NCBI GenBank assembly: GCA_964401685.1
Contig: CAYNZH010000008.1
Coordinates: 2,217 to 66,216, forward strand
Direction of reading: 5' to 3'
Source of the DNA: an uncultured Sphingobacteriaceae bacterium
GTDB lineage: Bacteria > Bacteroidota > Bacteroidia > Sphingobacteriales > Sphingobacteriaceae
Length of the DNA stretch: 64,000 nt
Shown: piece after piece, positions 26,830-35,186 of the stretch
Layout of the letters: each line of letters begins with the position of its first letter
Numbering within the stretch: position 1 is the stretch's first letter
Translations under genes and position numbers: made by a program
The notes under the pieces: generated by a model
Databases searched by the model: none
What the model was told of the DNA's origin: nothing
What the model saw: the letters and a program-made list of their open reading frames with translations, nothing else

Positions 26830-26863
26830 AAAATAGGAAGTTTTTGAGATGTATTCCTATTTT
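26830..26863 (-). terminator. hairpin between scpB and the acidic ORF (candidate scpB terminator or 5'-end structure of the next transcript)
   Basis: On the minus strand: AAAATAGGAA-N14-TTCCTATTTT, a 10-bp stem. It starts about 45 nt after the scpB stop and directly follows the 26868-26875 box. Confidence 0.3.
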
Positions 26864-26867
26864 TTTC

Positions 26868-26875
26868 CAAAAATA
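26868..26875 (-). promoter_or_regulatory. -7 box TATTTTTG upstream of the 59-aa acidic ORF
   Basis: TAnnTTTG match, 74 nt upstream of ATG 26793. Confidence 0.4.
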
Positions 26876-26907
26876 TTTCCGCAATTAAAATATTGATAAT
26901 TAGAGAA

Positions 26908-27459
26908 TTATTGGGAGCTCACTGTGCCGATCTCGTTTTCTGTCGGGGCTATTTCCTTCAATTTAGGCAGTTCTGAGCTATCATTGATGCCAAAGTAATC
27001 CATAAGCATTTCACTCGTGCCGTACAGTAGAGGCCTGCCAACGGATTCGGATTTGCCAACGATTTTGATAAGTTCTTTCTCCAAAAGTCTTTGAACGGAA
27101 TAGTCACAGTTCACCCCGCGTATATGTTCGATTTCCAATTTTGTGATAGGCTGCCTGTACGCGATAATAGCAAGGGTTTCCAGGGCCGCTTGGGACAGCC
27201 TTTTCTTGGAACGGTGACTTTGCATTTTGTTGACCACCTCGTGATAATGAGCTTTGGTCAAAAATTGATAGCTGTTATTGATGAAATGCAGCGCCAACAC
27301 AGAGTCTGGATTGGCATACTTGTGTTGGATTTCCGCCAAATGGCCTTTCAATTCACTGGAGGTCAATTTACAGTCGGAAAGCAGATGAAGCAATTCTTCC
27401 TCGGAAATACCGTGCTCGGCGGCAAAGATCAGTGCTTCTATTTGAAGTGGTAGTGACAT
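26908..27459 (-). CDS. scpB: SMC-Scp complex subunit ScpB
   Basis: 183 aa. IEALIFAA...LSQAALETLAIIAYRQPITKLEIEHIRGVNCDYSVQRLLEKELI...GRPLLYGTS ScpB winged-helix pattern. Confidence 0.85.
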   Translation of the reverse strand: MSLPLQIEALIFAAEHGISEEELLHLLSDCKLTSSELKGHLAEIQHKYANPDSVLALHFINNSYQFLTKAHYHEVVNKMQSHRSKKRLSQAALETLAIIAYRQPITKLEIEHIRGVNCDYSVQRLLEKELIKIVGKSESVGRPLLYGTSEMLMDYFGINDSSELPKLKEIAPTENEIGTVSSQ

Positions 27460-27468
27460 GATAAAGAA

Positions 27469-28641
27469 TTAGTTATCATTTACAGGAGCCAACCTCAAAA
27501 GCATCCCCGGCCCTTCAGTCAATACGTAGATATATCCCTCTTTATCTTGGGTCACATGACGCACGCGACCGACCTGATCGAGCAATTTTTCCTCGTGTGA
27601 ATAACGCCCATTTTCCACAACCACACGTGCGACGTGCGTCAGTACCAAAGATCCGGAGAAGATATTTCCCTTCCATTCCGGAAATTTGTCCCCCGTGTAG
27701 AGCATAAGTCCGCAGGTTGCAATTGAAGGCGTCCAGTAATGTATAGGTTGCTGCATTCCTTCTTGTTCAGTCTGTTTGGTAATTTCCGTTCCATCATAGT
27801 TGATGCCGTAGGTGATCACAGGCCAACCGTAATTTTTACCCTTTTCCACGATATTCAATTCGTCGCCGCCCCGAGGGCCGTGTTCCGTTGCATAAATCCT
27901 ATTGTTTTCGGAGTCGAAAACCATTCCCTGAATATTTCTATGTCCATAAGACCAAATGCTTGGCATTGCCCCGATCGTGTTTACGAAGGGATTATCCGCT
28001 GGAATTCGCCCATCATCGTGTAATCTGTGCACTTTGCCCATGTCATTGGTCAGGTCCTGTGCATTTTCTTTAATCCCCCGGTCACCGGTCCCAAAGTAAA
28101 GGTACCCGTCCCGGTCGAAAATGATTCTGCTGCCAAAATGAACGCCGGCACGAGTCATCGGTTGGGTATGGTAAAGTTCTTCAAGATCAGTTGCCTGGTC
28201 GCCATCGAGTTTGAAGCGGAGCAGAGCCGTGCTGCCACCTTCGCCACCGGGCTTTGCATAAGTGGCATAAATCCAGCCATTTTCATCATAGGATGGATGG
28301 GTCTGAATGTCTAATAATCCTCCTTGCCCCCGTTGGTATACGTCTGGAAATCCCTGAACCTTCCTTTCTGAATAATTACCGTTTTCGAAAATCAATATTT
28401 CGCCCTTACGTTCGGTCAGCAACATTTTGCCATCGGGAAGAAACGTCATTCCCCAGGGATTCTCCATTCCCGTATGCAGGGTGTCAACATAAAAATTAAG
28501 CTGTTCGGACGCAACGGGTTCGCCACTTCTTTCGCGTTCGGATTTTTCCCCCTGGCTGATATTGTTTGAACATGCCATAAAGATGACACTGAGCAGGCAA
28601 ACGAGCCCACCCAAAGAACCAAGGTTTCTATGTGTATTCAT
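27469..28641 (-). CDS. PQQ-dependent sugar (glucose/sorbosone) dehydrogenase, secreted
   Basis: GLLDIQTHPSY, SIWSYGHRNIQGMVFD, EHGPRGGDELNIVEKGKNYGWP motifs, plus a signal peptide or lipobox (FMAC|SNN). Confidence 0.85.
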   Translation of the reverse strand: MNTHRNLGSLGGLVCLLSVIFMACSNNISQGEKSERERSGEPVASEQLNFYVDTLHTGMENPWGMTFLPDGKMLLTERKGEILIFENGNYSERKVQGFPDVYQRGQGGLLDIQTHPSYDENGWIYATYAKPGGEGGSTALLRFKLDGDQATDLEELYHTQPMTRAGVHFGSRIIFDRDGYLYFGTGDRGIKENAQDLTNDMGKVHRLHDDGRIPADNPFVNTIGAMPSIWSYGHRNIQGMVFDSENNRIYATEHGPRGGDELNIVEKGKNYGWPVITYGINYDGTEITKQTEQEGMQQPIHYWTPSIATCGLMLYTGDKFPEWKGNIFSGSLVLTHVARVVVENGRYSHEEKLLDQVGRVRHVTQDKEGYIYVLTEGPGMLLRLAPVNDN

Positions 28642-28672
28642 AAGACAGGATTAATTTTCTGTTTTTACCACT

Positions 28673-28680
28673 CAAATATA
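28673..28680 (-). promoter_or_regulatory. sigmaA -7 box TATATTTG for the PQQ-dehydrogenase-scpB operon
   Basis: TAnnTTTG match, 31 nt upstream of ATG 28641. Confidence 0.55.
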
Positions 28681-28801
28681 CAGATATTCTTCTAATACTG
28701 GGGTCGTCGCGACAAGACATATTGTCATACGATTGCCTGATGCTCATGACTTTTTGTCCGAATAAGCGGCACATTTAGCCGATTTCCCTCTGTTTTTTGC
28801 C

Positions 28802-28829
28802 TTGGAACGAATGTTGAATTCTCTATAAT
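28802..28829 (+). promoter_or_regulatory. atypical candidate promoter of hsp20: TTGGAA-N16-TATAAT overlapping a sigma54-like TGGAAC-N5-TTGA
   Basis: No TAnnTTTG box anywhere in the 195-nt upstream region. TTGGAA at 28802-28807 and TATAAT at 28824-28829. The GG-N10-GA element differs from the sigma54 GG-N10-GC consensus at the critical C. Confidence 0.3.
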
Positions 28830-28864
28830 ACATTTTAAAAACTAGAACATATAACAAAATAAAA

Positions 28865-28869
28865 AGGAG
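28865..28869 (+). promoter_or_regulatory. Shine-Dalgarno AGGAG for hsp20
   Basis: AAAAGGAGTAATTATG: AGGAG lies 5 nt before ATG 28875. Most other starts in the window lack any such element. Confidence 0.6.
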
Positions 28870-28874
28870 TAATT

Positions 28875-29315
28875 ATGAATTTGGTAAAATTAAAAAACGG
28901 CAACACCCCTACAAGCGTAAGTCACTTTATGGATGAGTTTTTCAACCCATTTTTTGCAGATACTCGCGTAGCAGAGCGTGCATTGACTCGCGTTCCAGCG
29001 GTGAACATTGCGGAAAGCCAGGATGCATATCACGTTGAGGTGATCGCTCCAGGTATGGATAAGTCCGATTTCAAAATTGGCGTGGAAGGCGACGTACTTA
29101 GCATTTCGGCGCAGAAAGAATCAGAAGTCGAGGAAGAAACCAAAAAATTCCGTAAACGGGAATACCGTTTTGGTTCTTTCACCAGGAGGTTTAATCTTCC
29201 TGAGAGCATTGATCACAATAAGATCGAGGCGGTCTATAAGGACGGTATCCTCGCTATCGAGATTGGCAAAAAAGAAGAGGCTAAATTGATTTCCAAAGAG
29301 ATTTCAGTAAAGTAA
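28875..29315 (+). CDS. Hsp20/alpha-crystallin family small heat-shock protein
   Basis: 146 aa. PAVNIAESQDAYHVEVIAPGMDKSDFKI...GSFTRRFNLPESID...KDGILAIEI alpha-crystallin domain. Confidence 0.9.
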   Translation: MNLVKLKNGNTPTSVSHFMDEFFNPFFADTRVAERALTRVPAVNIAESQDAYHVEVIAPGMDKSDFKIGVEGDVLSISAQKESEVEEETKKFRKREYRFGSFTRRFNLPESIDHNKIEAVYKDGILAIEIGKKEEAKLISKEISVK

Positions 29316-29345
29316 TAGGGGTAACCATCCCTAACGTAAGCGTAA

Positions 29346-29378
29346 ACCGGTGCAGGATTATCTGTGCCGGTTTTTTTT
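29346..29378 (+). terminator. rho-independent terminator after hsp20
   Basis: ACCGGTGCAG-GATTAT-CTGTGCCGGT (10-bp stem, two G-U pairs) followed by T8. Overlaps the stop of the convergent thioesterase gene. Confidence 0.8.
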
Positions 29379-29835
29379 ATGCCTTATCCGCAGAGCGCTG
29401 TCCTACGATTTCTATATCCTTTGCTTGAGGAATCTGGTTGATAAACTTGTCCCATTCAGGAGGGAGGGCCGTCAATTTGCGTGTCTCGAGATTGAGCCAG
29501 GCTCCGTCGGCGTTTACGACTGCGCACAGCGTGCCGTCTTTTCTGAAAATCTCATGCTTGAAGGAAAAACGGGAGTTTTCCCAATTGTATCGGGTCATCT
29601 CTACAGTGACCTTGATAAAGTCGTCCAACTTGACCTCGCGCAGGTAAATCAATTCTTCCCTAAACAGGATAGGGCCAATTTTCGCAGCGGCAAACATATC
29701 CAGGGACAAACCTGTCTTTTTGAGCATATTGCTTCTAGCCTGTGCACCATAATCCGCATACGCCGAGTGCCGCATGTGCCGGTTCGCATCGATCTGTGCC
29801 CAGATCACCTGGCCTTCGAAAAATATATTCTCCAT
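29377..29835 (-). CDS. hotdog-fold acyl-CoA thioesterase (4HBT family)
   Basis: 152 aa. VIWAQIDANRHMRHSAYADY hotdog thioesterase motif. The 176-aa plus-strand ORF opposite is its codon-aligned mirror. Confidence 0.75.
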   Translation of the reverse strand: MENIFFEGQVIWAQIDANRHMRHSAYADYGAQARSNMLKKTGLSLDMFAAAKIGPILFREELIYLREVKLDDFIKVTVEMTRYNWENSRFSFKHEIFRKDGTLCAVVNADGAWLNLETRKLTALPPEWDKFINQIPQAKDIEIVGQRSADKA

Positions 29836-29840
29836 AGACT

Positions 29841-29848
29841 CAAAGATA
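29841..29848 (-). promoter_or_regulatory. -7 box TATCTTTG for the 4HBT thioesterase, fused to the rplI terminator T-tract
   Basis: TAnnTTTG match, 5 nt upstream of ATG 29835. Its first T is the last T of the terminator run. Confidence 0.45.
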
Positions 29849-29881
29849 AAAAAAAATCAGCACCGACTATGCGATGCTGAT
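29848..29881 (-). terminator. rho-independent terminator of the rpsF-rpsR-rplI operon
   Basis: On the minus strand: ATCAGCA-N12-TGCTGAT followed by a T8-9 run, 26 nt after the rplI stop. Confidence 0.75.
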
Positions 29882-29906
29882 CTGTTTTTTTCCTATTGAA
29901 GGGGGA

Positions 29907-30350
29907 TTATTCTCCTACAACTTCAAATGGAACCTGAACTTTGACTTCTTTGTGAAGATTCAGGTTAGCAAGGTATTCACCCAAAACCTTAGGTTCTTCC
30001 TCAAAGGTAATTCTGCGGCGATCTACGTCAAATCCTTCTTTTTTCAACGCATCTGCAATCTGAATGCTGTTGATCGATCCGAAAATCTTACCGGATTCGC
30101 CTGCTTTGGCACCAATCGATAATTTTACGTTTTCCAGCTTTTCAGCGAGGGCAAGAGCGTCTTTTTTGATCTTTTCTTGTTTGAACTGAACCTGTCTGAT
30201 GTTCTCGGCCAATACTTTACGGGCTGACTCGGTCGCAGAAATTGCCAATCCCTGAGGAATGAGGTAATTTCTTCCGTATCCCGGCTTTACCGTGACGATA
30301 TCGTCCTTCTCGCCAAGTTTTTTGATGTCTTGTTTTAAGATAACTTCCAT
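29907..30350 (-). CDS. rplI: 50S ribosomal protein L9
   Basis: MEVILKQDIKKLGEKDDIVTVKPGYGRNYLIPQGLA canonical L9 N-terminus. Confidence 0.95.
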   Translation of the reverse strand: MEVILKQDIKKLGEKDDIVTVKPGYGRNYLIPQGLAISATESARKVLAENIRQVQFKQEKIKKDALALAEKLENVKLSIGAKAGESGKIFGSINSIQIADALKKEGFDVDRRRITFEEEPKVLGEYLANLNLHKEVKVQVPFEVVGE

Positions 30351-30363
30351 GTCAATTCCCTCC

Positions 30364-30627
30364 TTATTTTAATGAATCAGCTACGTAAGGCAATAGTCCC
30401 ACGTGTCTGGCACGTTTCACAGCTTGTGCAATTTTACGTTGAAATTTCAACGATGTACCTGTCAAACGGCGTGGTAGGATTTTACCTTGGTCATTAATGA
30501 ATTTCAAAAGGAAATTCGCATCCTTATAATCGATGTACTTAATGCCATTCTTTTTGAATCGGCAGTATTTTTTACGATTGTCCTCTACTTTAGGGGCGGT
30601 TACGTATTGAATTTGTTCTTTTGCCAT
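30364..30627 (-). CDS. rpsR: 30S ribosomal protein S18
   Basis: [18 protein letters not shown]...[32 protein letters not shown] canonical S18. Confidence 0.95.
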   Translation of the reverse strand: MAKEQIQYVTAPKVEDNRKKYCRFKKNGIKYIDYKDANFLLKFINDQGKILPRRLTGTSLKFQRKIAQAVKRARHVGLLPYVADSLK

Positions 30628-30998
30628 TATTTCGCTGCCTCCTCTGCTTTAGGTTCTTCTTTTTTCCGGTTAAATGCACCACTGCGCTTTTTCTCATTGT
30701 AGGCAACAGCGTGTTTATCCAATGAAACAGTAAGGAAACGCATGATTCGCTCATCACGTCTGTATTCGGTTTCCAGTTTACTGATCAATTCACCTGGAGC
30801 CTTAAATTCAGTTAGGTGATAGTATCCGGTTGTCTTTTTTTCAATCGGATACGCTAATTTTTTCAGACCCCAATTATCTTCATGGATAATTTCGGCTCCG
30901 CCTTCTGACAGGATGTTTTTGAATTTGGCAATTGCCTCTTTCGTAGCATCTTCTGAAAGCAACGGGGTCAGAATGATTACGGTTTCGTACTGTGACAT
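30627..30998 (-). CDS. rpsF: 30S ribosomal protein S6
   Basis: [12 protein letters not shown]...[15 protein letters not shown]...GYYHLTEF canonical S6. Its stop overlaps the rpsR start. Confidence 0.95.
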   Translation of the reverse strand: MSQYETVIILTPLLSEDATKEAIAKFKNILSEGGAEIIHEDNWGLKKLAYPIEKKTTGYYHLTEFKAPGELISKLETEYRRDERIMRFLTVSLDKHAVAYNEKKRSGAFNRKKEEPKAEEAAK

Positions 30999-31057
30999 AC
31001 TTAATTTTAAAATTTACTTATAAATTTGTTTTTAACCCGAAAAATCTCTTCGGGCTG

Positions 31058-31065
31058 CAAATGTA
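31058..31065 (-). promoter_or_regulatory. sigmaA -7 box TACATTTG for rpsF-rpsR-rplI
   Basis: TAnnTTTG match, 59 nt upstream of ATG 30998. Confidence 0.6.
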
Positions 31066-31141
31066 CTTATAATCCAGGGATATTCAAAGCACTAAATCTC
31101 GATTTATTTCAGAAATGTTTGTTTATACTAGATTATTGCCC

Positions 31142-31149
31142 TATATTTG
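31142..31149 (+). promoter_or_regulatory. sigmaA -7 box TATATTTG for rplU-rpmA
   Basis: TAnnTTTG match, 34 nt upstream of ATG 31184. Confidence 0.6.
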
Positions 31150-31183
31150 CAGTCGAATTTTAAAACAATTTAATTAATTAACA

Positions 31184-31495
31184 ATGTACGCAATAGTAAA
31201 TATAGCCGGACAGCAATTCAAAGTTGCAAAAGACCAGTATCTTTTTGTGCATAGGCTTCAAGGAGATGAGGGCGCTAGTATTGAATTTGACAATGTATTG
31301 TTAGCAGAGAACGAGGGCAAATTTACAGTTGGTGCGCCAACTGTTGAGGGAGCTAAGGTTTCAGCTAAGATTCTGTCACATTTAAAGGGAGAGAAAGTCA
31401 TCGTTTTCAAAAAGAAACGCCGTAAGGGTTACAAGAAGAAAAACGGACACAGACAGCAGTTTTCTAAGATTCAGATCACTGGTATTACGCTGTAA
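31184..31495 (+). CDS. rplU: 50S ribosomal protein L21
   Basis: [18 protein letters not shown]...[28 protein letters not shown] canonical L21. Confidence 0.95.
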   Translation: MYAIVNIAGQQFKVAKDQYLFVHRLQGDEGASIEFDNVLLAENEGKFTVGAPTVEGAKVSAKILSHLKGEKVIVFKKKRRKGYKKKNGHRQQFSKIQITGITL

Positions 31496-31567
31496 TCGTA
31501 TCGGTGACGGAGAAACAATTTGATTTTTAAAATTTTAGGGCAATCCTAAGCATAAAATAGAGATAAA

Positions 31568-31834
31568 ATGGCGCATAAAAAAGGTGCTGGTAGTTCCAAG
31601 AACGGCCGTGAGTCACACAGTAAGCGATTGGGCGTAAAAATATTTGGCGGTCAAGCTGCAATAGCAGGAAACATCATTGTACGTCAAAGAGGTACACAAC
31701 ATCATCCTGGTGCAAATGTTGGTATAGGCAAGGATCATACCTTGTTTGCTTTGGTCGACGGAAAAGTAGTTTTTCGCAAAAAAGCGGACAACAAATCTTA
31801 TGTTTCTGTTTTGCCAGTTGAGCAAGCAGACTAA
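31568..31834 (+). CDS. rpmA: 50S ribosomal protein L27
   Basis: [29 protein letters not shown]...IIVRQRGT canonical L27. Confidence 0.95.
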   Translation: MAHKKGAGSSKNGRESHSKRLGVKIFGGQAAIAGNIIVRQRGTQHHPGANVGIGKDHTLFALVDGKVVFRKKADNKSYVSVLPVEQAD

Positions 31835-31869
31835 GTAGCCTTTAGTAAAAGAAAATTTAATGTTAAAAA

Positions 31870-31898
31870 AGCATCTACGAATCGTAGGTGCTTTTTTT
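31870..31898 (+). terminator. rho-independent terminator after rplU-rpmA (A-tract upstream, so possibly bidirectional)
   Basis: AGCATCTACG-AAT-CGTAGGTGCT (10-bp stem, one G-U pair) followed by T7. The stop of the convergent YihY gene lies inside the stem. Confidence 0.8.
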
Positions 31899-32900
31899 GT
31901 GCCCGCTAGGTGCGGTATTTGGATGTTTCTCGGGTTCTGATCTGAGGGAGTTTTGCTTTTTGGGATTGACGATTTTTACGCTTTGTTTGGAAAGTTCTAT
32001 GCTGGCATTGAGCTCGAATCCCACCAATAGGATGAGAGAGTTGAGGTACAGCCAAATCATAATCACGATCAAGGTGCCGATCGAACCGTACAATTTGTTG
32101 TAGGCATTGAAATTATTGATATAAAATGCGAAACCAGAGAACGTTATGATCGCAAGAAGGGTCGCCAGCGTCGCTCCCGGATTGATAAATTTCCATTTTT
32201 TCGTGGAGGCCGGCCCAAATTTATAAAGCAAACTAACCGCCATAAAATACACCCCTACGAGAATAATCCAGCGAGAGGCAGAGATAACGGAACGCCAAAA
32301 TGATGCGTCGATCTCAAAGGTGTTTCGCAGGTACGTAATCACATATCCTGCTACTGTGAAAGTTCCCATTCCTATGGTGAGCGCCAAGATGATCATGATG
32401 GTCAATCCAATGGCTATCAGACGTTGACGCCCCCAGCTTCGGCTCTCAGCAATCAAAGAGGATTTGTTGAAGGCAAGCATCAAGGTACTCATCCCATTGG
32501 TCGAAAAAAAAGTAGCCAGGATAAAACCTGCGCTCAATAGACCACTATTCTGGTTTTTAACCACATCCAACAACGTCGTTTCTACCGCGAGGTATGCATT
32601 TTCCGGCATCACCAATTCCATGAAATCCAGCAGCTGCTCCTGAAAGTTTTCTATTGGAATATAGGGTATTAGGGTAAATAAAAAGATAATTCCGGGGAAA
32701 ATAGCCAACATAAAGTTGTAGGCCAAAGAGGAGGCCTTATTCAAAATGGATTCCCGAGCGATTTCCTGAAAAAAGAAGGTAGCTACCGTATATAAAGGAA
32801 GGGATCCGAAGCCTGGAAGCACGACGACCTTGGTCCATTCAATAAACAAGGCGTAGGGCTTGAACTTGAGCAATATCTTATGCAACCACGCCATGCTCAC
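31875..32900 (-). CDS. YihY/BrkB family membrane protein (copy 1)
   Basis: 341 aa, polytopic. ILNKASSLAYNFMLAIFPGIIFLF and YGSIGTLIVIMIWLYLNSLILLVGFELNA family motifs. GTG 32900 or ATG 32894 start lies inside the thioesterase 3' end. Confidence 0.8.
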   Translation of the reverse strand: MSMAWLHKILLKFKPYALFIEWTKVVVLPGFGSLPLYTVATFFFQEIARESILNKASSLAYNFMLAIFPGIIFLFTLIPYIPIENFQEQLLDFMELVMPENAYLAVETTLLDVVKNQNSGLLSAGFILATFFSTNGMSTLMLAFNKSSLIAESRSWGRQRLIAIGLTIMIILALTIGMGTFTVAGYVITYLRNTFEIDASFWRSVISASRWIILVGVYFMAVSLLYKFGPASTKKWKFINPGATLATLLAIITFSGFAFYINNFNAYNKLYGSIGTLIVIMIWLYLNSLILLVGFELNASIELSKQSVKIVNPKKQNSLRSEPEKHPNTAPSGHKKSTYDS

Positions 32901-33291
32901 TTAATTTGTCCAAAAATTCCTGCGGTGCCCTGCAGGGTTTGTTCTTTTGCATGTCCACAAATACCAGTGTAGTGTAGCCCCGGTTGACCAGATCGCCCCC
33001 CTCGTTATAGATTTCGTAGTCAAATCGTATCCGAACCGAAGGCATCTGCGACACCATCACCCGTATTTTGAGCTTTTCATCGTAGTGTGCGGGTCGAATA
33101 TACTCCGTATGGAGCTCTGTAACAGGCATCATAATCCCTTTTTCCTCGAGCGATCTGTATGGCCAGCCCACATTCCGGAGCATTTCCACGCGTGCAACCT
33201 CGTAGTAAGCCGCATAATTTCCATAATAAACATAGCCCATTTGATCGGTCTCCGCATAACGTACCCTGATAGAAGTTTCAAAGCTATACAT
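32878..33291 (-). CDS. YbgC-type hotdog acyl-CoA thioesterase
   Basis: MYSFETSIRVRYAETDQMGYVYYGNYAAYYEVARVEMLR canonical YbgC/4HBT N-terminus. Start ATG 33291, 4 nt after the mltG stop; the track's 33345 extension is rejected. Confidence 0.8.
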   Translation of the reverse strand: MYSFETSIRVRYAETDQMGYVYYGNYAAYYEVARVEMLRNVGWPYRSLEEKGIMMPVTELHTEYIRPAHYDEKLKIRVMVSQMPSVRIRFDYEIYNEGGDLVNRGYTTLVFVDMQKNKPCRAPQEFLDKLSEHGVVA

Positions 33292-33295
33292 TGTC

Positions 33296-34363
33296 TTATC
33301 TCCTGATATTACGTTCATTGAGTGCTTGTTGAAATTTCCTTGCATTGATGTTGTGCTCAGCTTGTGTCACCGCAAATCGGTGATAGCCAGAAAAATCCTC
33401 CTTTGCACACATATAAATATAAGCGTGATCTTCATGATTTAGCACAGCGTCTATTGCCGAGACGCTAGGCATATTGATCGGCCCTGGGGGCAATCCCCTG
33501 TATTTATAGGTGTTGTATGGAGAATCCTTTTCCAAATGCCTGTATAAAACCCTTCGTATCGTGAAATCATTGTTGGCAAAAATGACTGTAGGGTCAGCCT
33601 GAAGAAGCATTCCCTTATTCAAACGATTGATATAGAGTCCTGCGATAGTGGGCATTTCCGAATTGTGCATGGCCTCGCCATCGACAATAGAAGCGAGCAC
33701 ACTAACTTCCTGTGGCGTCATTCCCAGATTCGCTGCTTTTTGCCGTCTCTCCTCGTTCCAAAAACGCTGGTATTCGTCATTCATGCGTTTCACAAAACCT
33801 TCTGCGCTGGTGTTCCAGTAAAATTCGTAGGTGTTCGGGACAAACATTGTGAAAAAATTGTGGCTGGTAAATCCGAGCGAGTCGGCCAGTCTTTCATCTT
33901 CCAACAGCGCAAGCAGGGCCAGGGAATCAAGCTCCAATTGAGCGGAAACAAAACCGGCGAACTGCTCCTTGAGCCGAATATTCTGAAATTGTATGCGTAC
34001 AGGTTCTTGCAAACCACCACCAAGCCTGTTGATCAGCGCTCTGTTGTTCATCCCTTCATCCAATTTGTATCGCCCGGCTTTCACCCGCGGGGGGTAGTTC
34101 ATTTTCTCAGCTGCCCACTGAAAAGTTTTTATATTTTGAACGATTTCCTTTTCCTGAAGTTCCTGAAGGACATCGTTATAGTCCCAGTCGCTATAAATAT
34201 AAAGATGGGTTTCCTTCGCTGTAACATTACCTCGAAAATACCCTTGATAATAGGTATAGGCAAAATAACCCCCAACAGAAACCAGAACAATAAAAACAAT
34301 ACTTATCCCTGTGATCCACTTCGATTTATTCGATTTCATCATTGTAAATAGGTCTTTGATCAT
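33296..34363 (-). CDS. mltG: endolytic murein transglycosylase MltG (YceG-like)
   Basis: N-terminal TM; ASIVDGEA, DPTVIFA, SPYNTYKYRGLPPGPINMPS motifs. Possible starts at 34363, 34342 and 34339 all overlap the PASTA gene 3' end. Confidence 0.9.
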   Translation of the reverse strand: MIKDLFTMMKSNKSKWITGISIVFIVLVSVGGYFAYTYYQGYFRGNVTAKETHLYIYSDWDYNDVLQELQEKEIVQNIKTFQWAAEKMNYPPRVKAGRYKLDEGMNNRALINRLGGGLQEPVRIQFQNIRLKEQFAGFVSAQLELDSLALLALLEDERLADSLGFTSHNFFTMFVPNTYEFYWNTSAEGFVKRMNDEYQRFWNEERRQKAANLGMTPQEVSVLASIVDGEAMHNSEMPTIAGLYINRLNKGMLLQADPTVIFANNDFTIRRVLYRHLEKDSPYNTYKYRGLPPGPINMPSVSAIDAVLNHEDHAYIYMCAKEDFSGYHRFAVTQAEHNINARKFQQALNERNIRR

Positions 34364-35114
34364 TTGACAAATATATATCGATAGGCACCCCTATGCTGAT
34401 ACGCTCCAGATTTGGTTCAGGCTGCTGGCGTATAACCTGTGCGCTGGTGCTGTCCGTGATAATCCCTTCGTAGTGAACCCGTCCGAGCGTCAACGATGAG
34501 CCTCTGAGCGCAAAGCGCACTTCGTTTAGCGTTAGTCCAGTCAAATCTGGTACCTCCACTTCGTTTGCGCCCTGCCCATTGCCCAGAACCAGATCAATAG
34601 TCGAGCCCTTAGGTATGGAACGGCCGACATTGATTGGCTGGCCAGCAAAAAGCACTTCCAAGACAACATCCCGGGCTATATCTGCCTTGTAGGTCGTGTC
34701 GCCCAGTTTCAGTCCATAACTGTTGAGCAACGCTCTGGCTTCTATCAACGTTTTGAGCATCAGATCCGGAAAAGCAACATCTGGCGCCGTGCGCGTAATG
34801 ATTGTAACGTATATTGTCCTGTCCTTTTTAACCTGAGTGCCGGCAAGGGGCTCCTGTTCTATCACCATTCCGGGAACTGCGTCCACCTGATATACTGAAT
34901 CTAACTGATAATCCAGGGAGGAAGATTTTATCTTTTGCACTGCTTCGTCAATGTGCAAGCCCTTTAAGTCCGGTGTCGGAATCGTTTGATTATGTCTGGT
35001 GTAAAATCTTAGGCTAAAAAACACGATGGCTATTACAGCTGCGATGACGACCAACGCGGCAATGAGGTTCTTTCTAAACGTCGCAGTTCGCAGGTATTCC
35101 AGGAATTTTTTCAT
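34326..35114 (-). CDS. membrane-anchored stand-alone PASTA-repeat protein (3 PASTA domains, no catalytic domain)
   Basis: 262 aa: short cytoplasmic N-terminus, one TM (LIAALVVIAAVIAIVFF), then three ~65-aa repeats. The repeats begin PDLKGLHIDEA, FPDLMLKTLIEA and VPDLTGLTLNEV, each ending in a V.L...G pattern. Confidence 0.75.
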   Translation of the reverse strand: MKKFLEYLRTATFRKNLIAALVVIAAVIAIVFFSLRFYTRHNQTIPTPDLKGLHIDEAVQKIKSSSLDYQLDSVYQVDAVPGMVIEQEPLAGTQVKKDRTIYVTIITRTAPDVAFPDLMLKTLIEARALLNSYGLKLGDTTYKADIARDVVLEVLFAGQPINVGRSIPKGSTIDLVLGNGQGANEVEVPDLTGLTLNEVRFALRGSSLTLGRVHYEGIITDSTSAQVIRQQPEPNLERISIGVPIDIYLSNDQRPIYNDEIE

Positions 35115-35154
35115 ATTGTTCCAGTAAATATTCGTTTTTAGATAGTTTGCAAAT

Positions 35155-35162
35155 TATATTTG
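35155..35162 (+). promoter_or_regulatory. sigmaA -7 box TATATTTG for ddl
   Basis: TAnnTTTG match, 24 nt upstream of ATG 35187. Confidence 0.6.
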
Positions 35163-35186
35163 CCGATTATCGTACTCTTTTAGTAA

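Noticed and set aside
31036-31054. Hairpin CCCGAA-N7-TTCGGG in the rpsF upstream region, considered as an S6:S18 autoregulatory leader.
   Set aside because: Read on the minus strand, the stem begins only ~4 nt after the TACATTTG box. Its 5' arm is therefore probably at or before the transcription start and may not be in the RNA. I also cannot match it from memory to the described rpsF leader structure. Comparative analysis or TSS mapping is needed before any claim.
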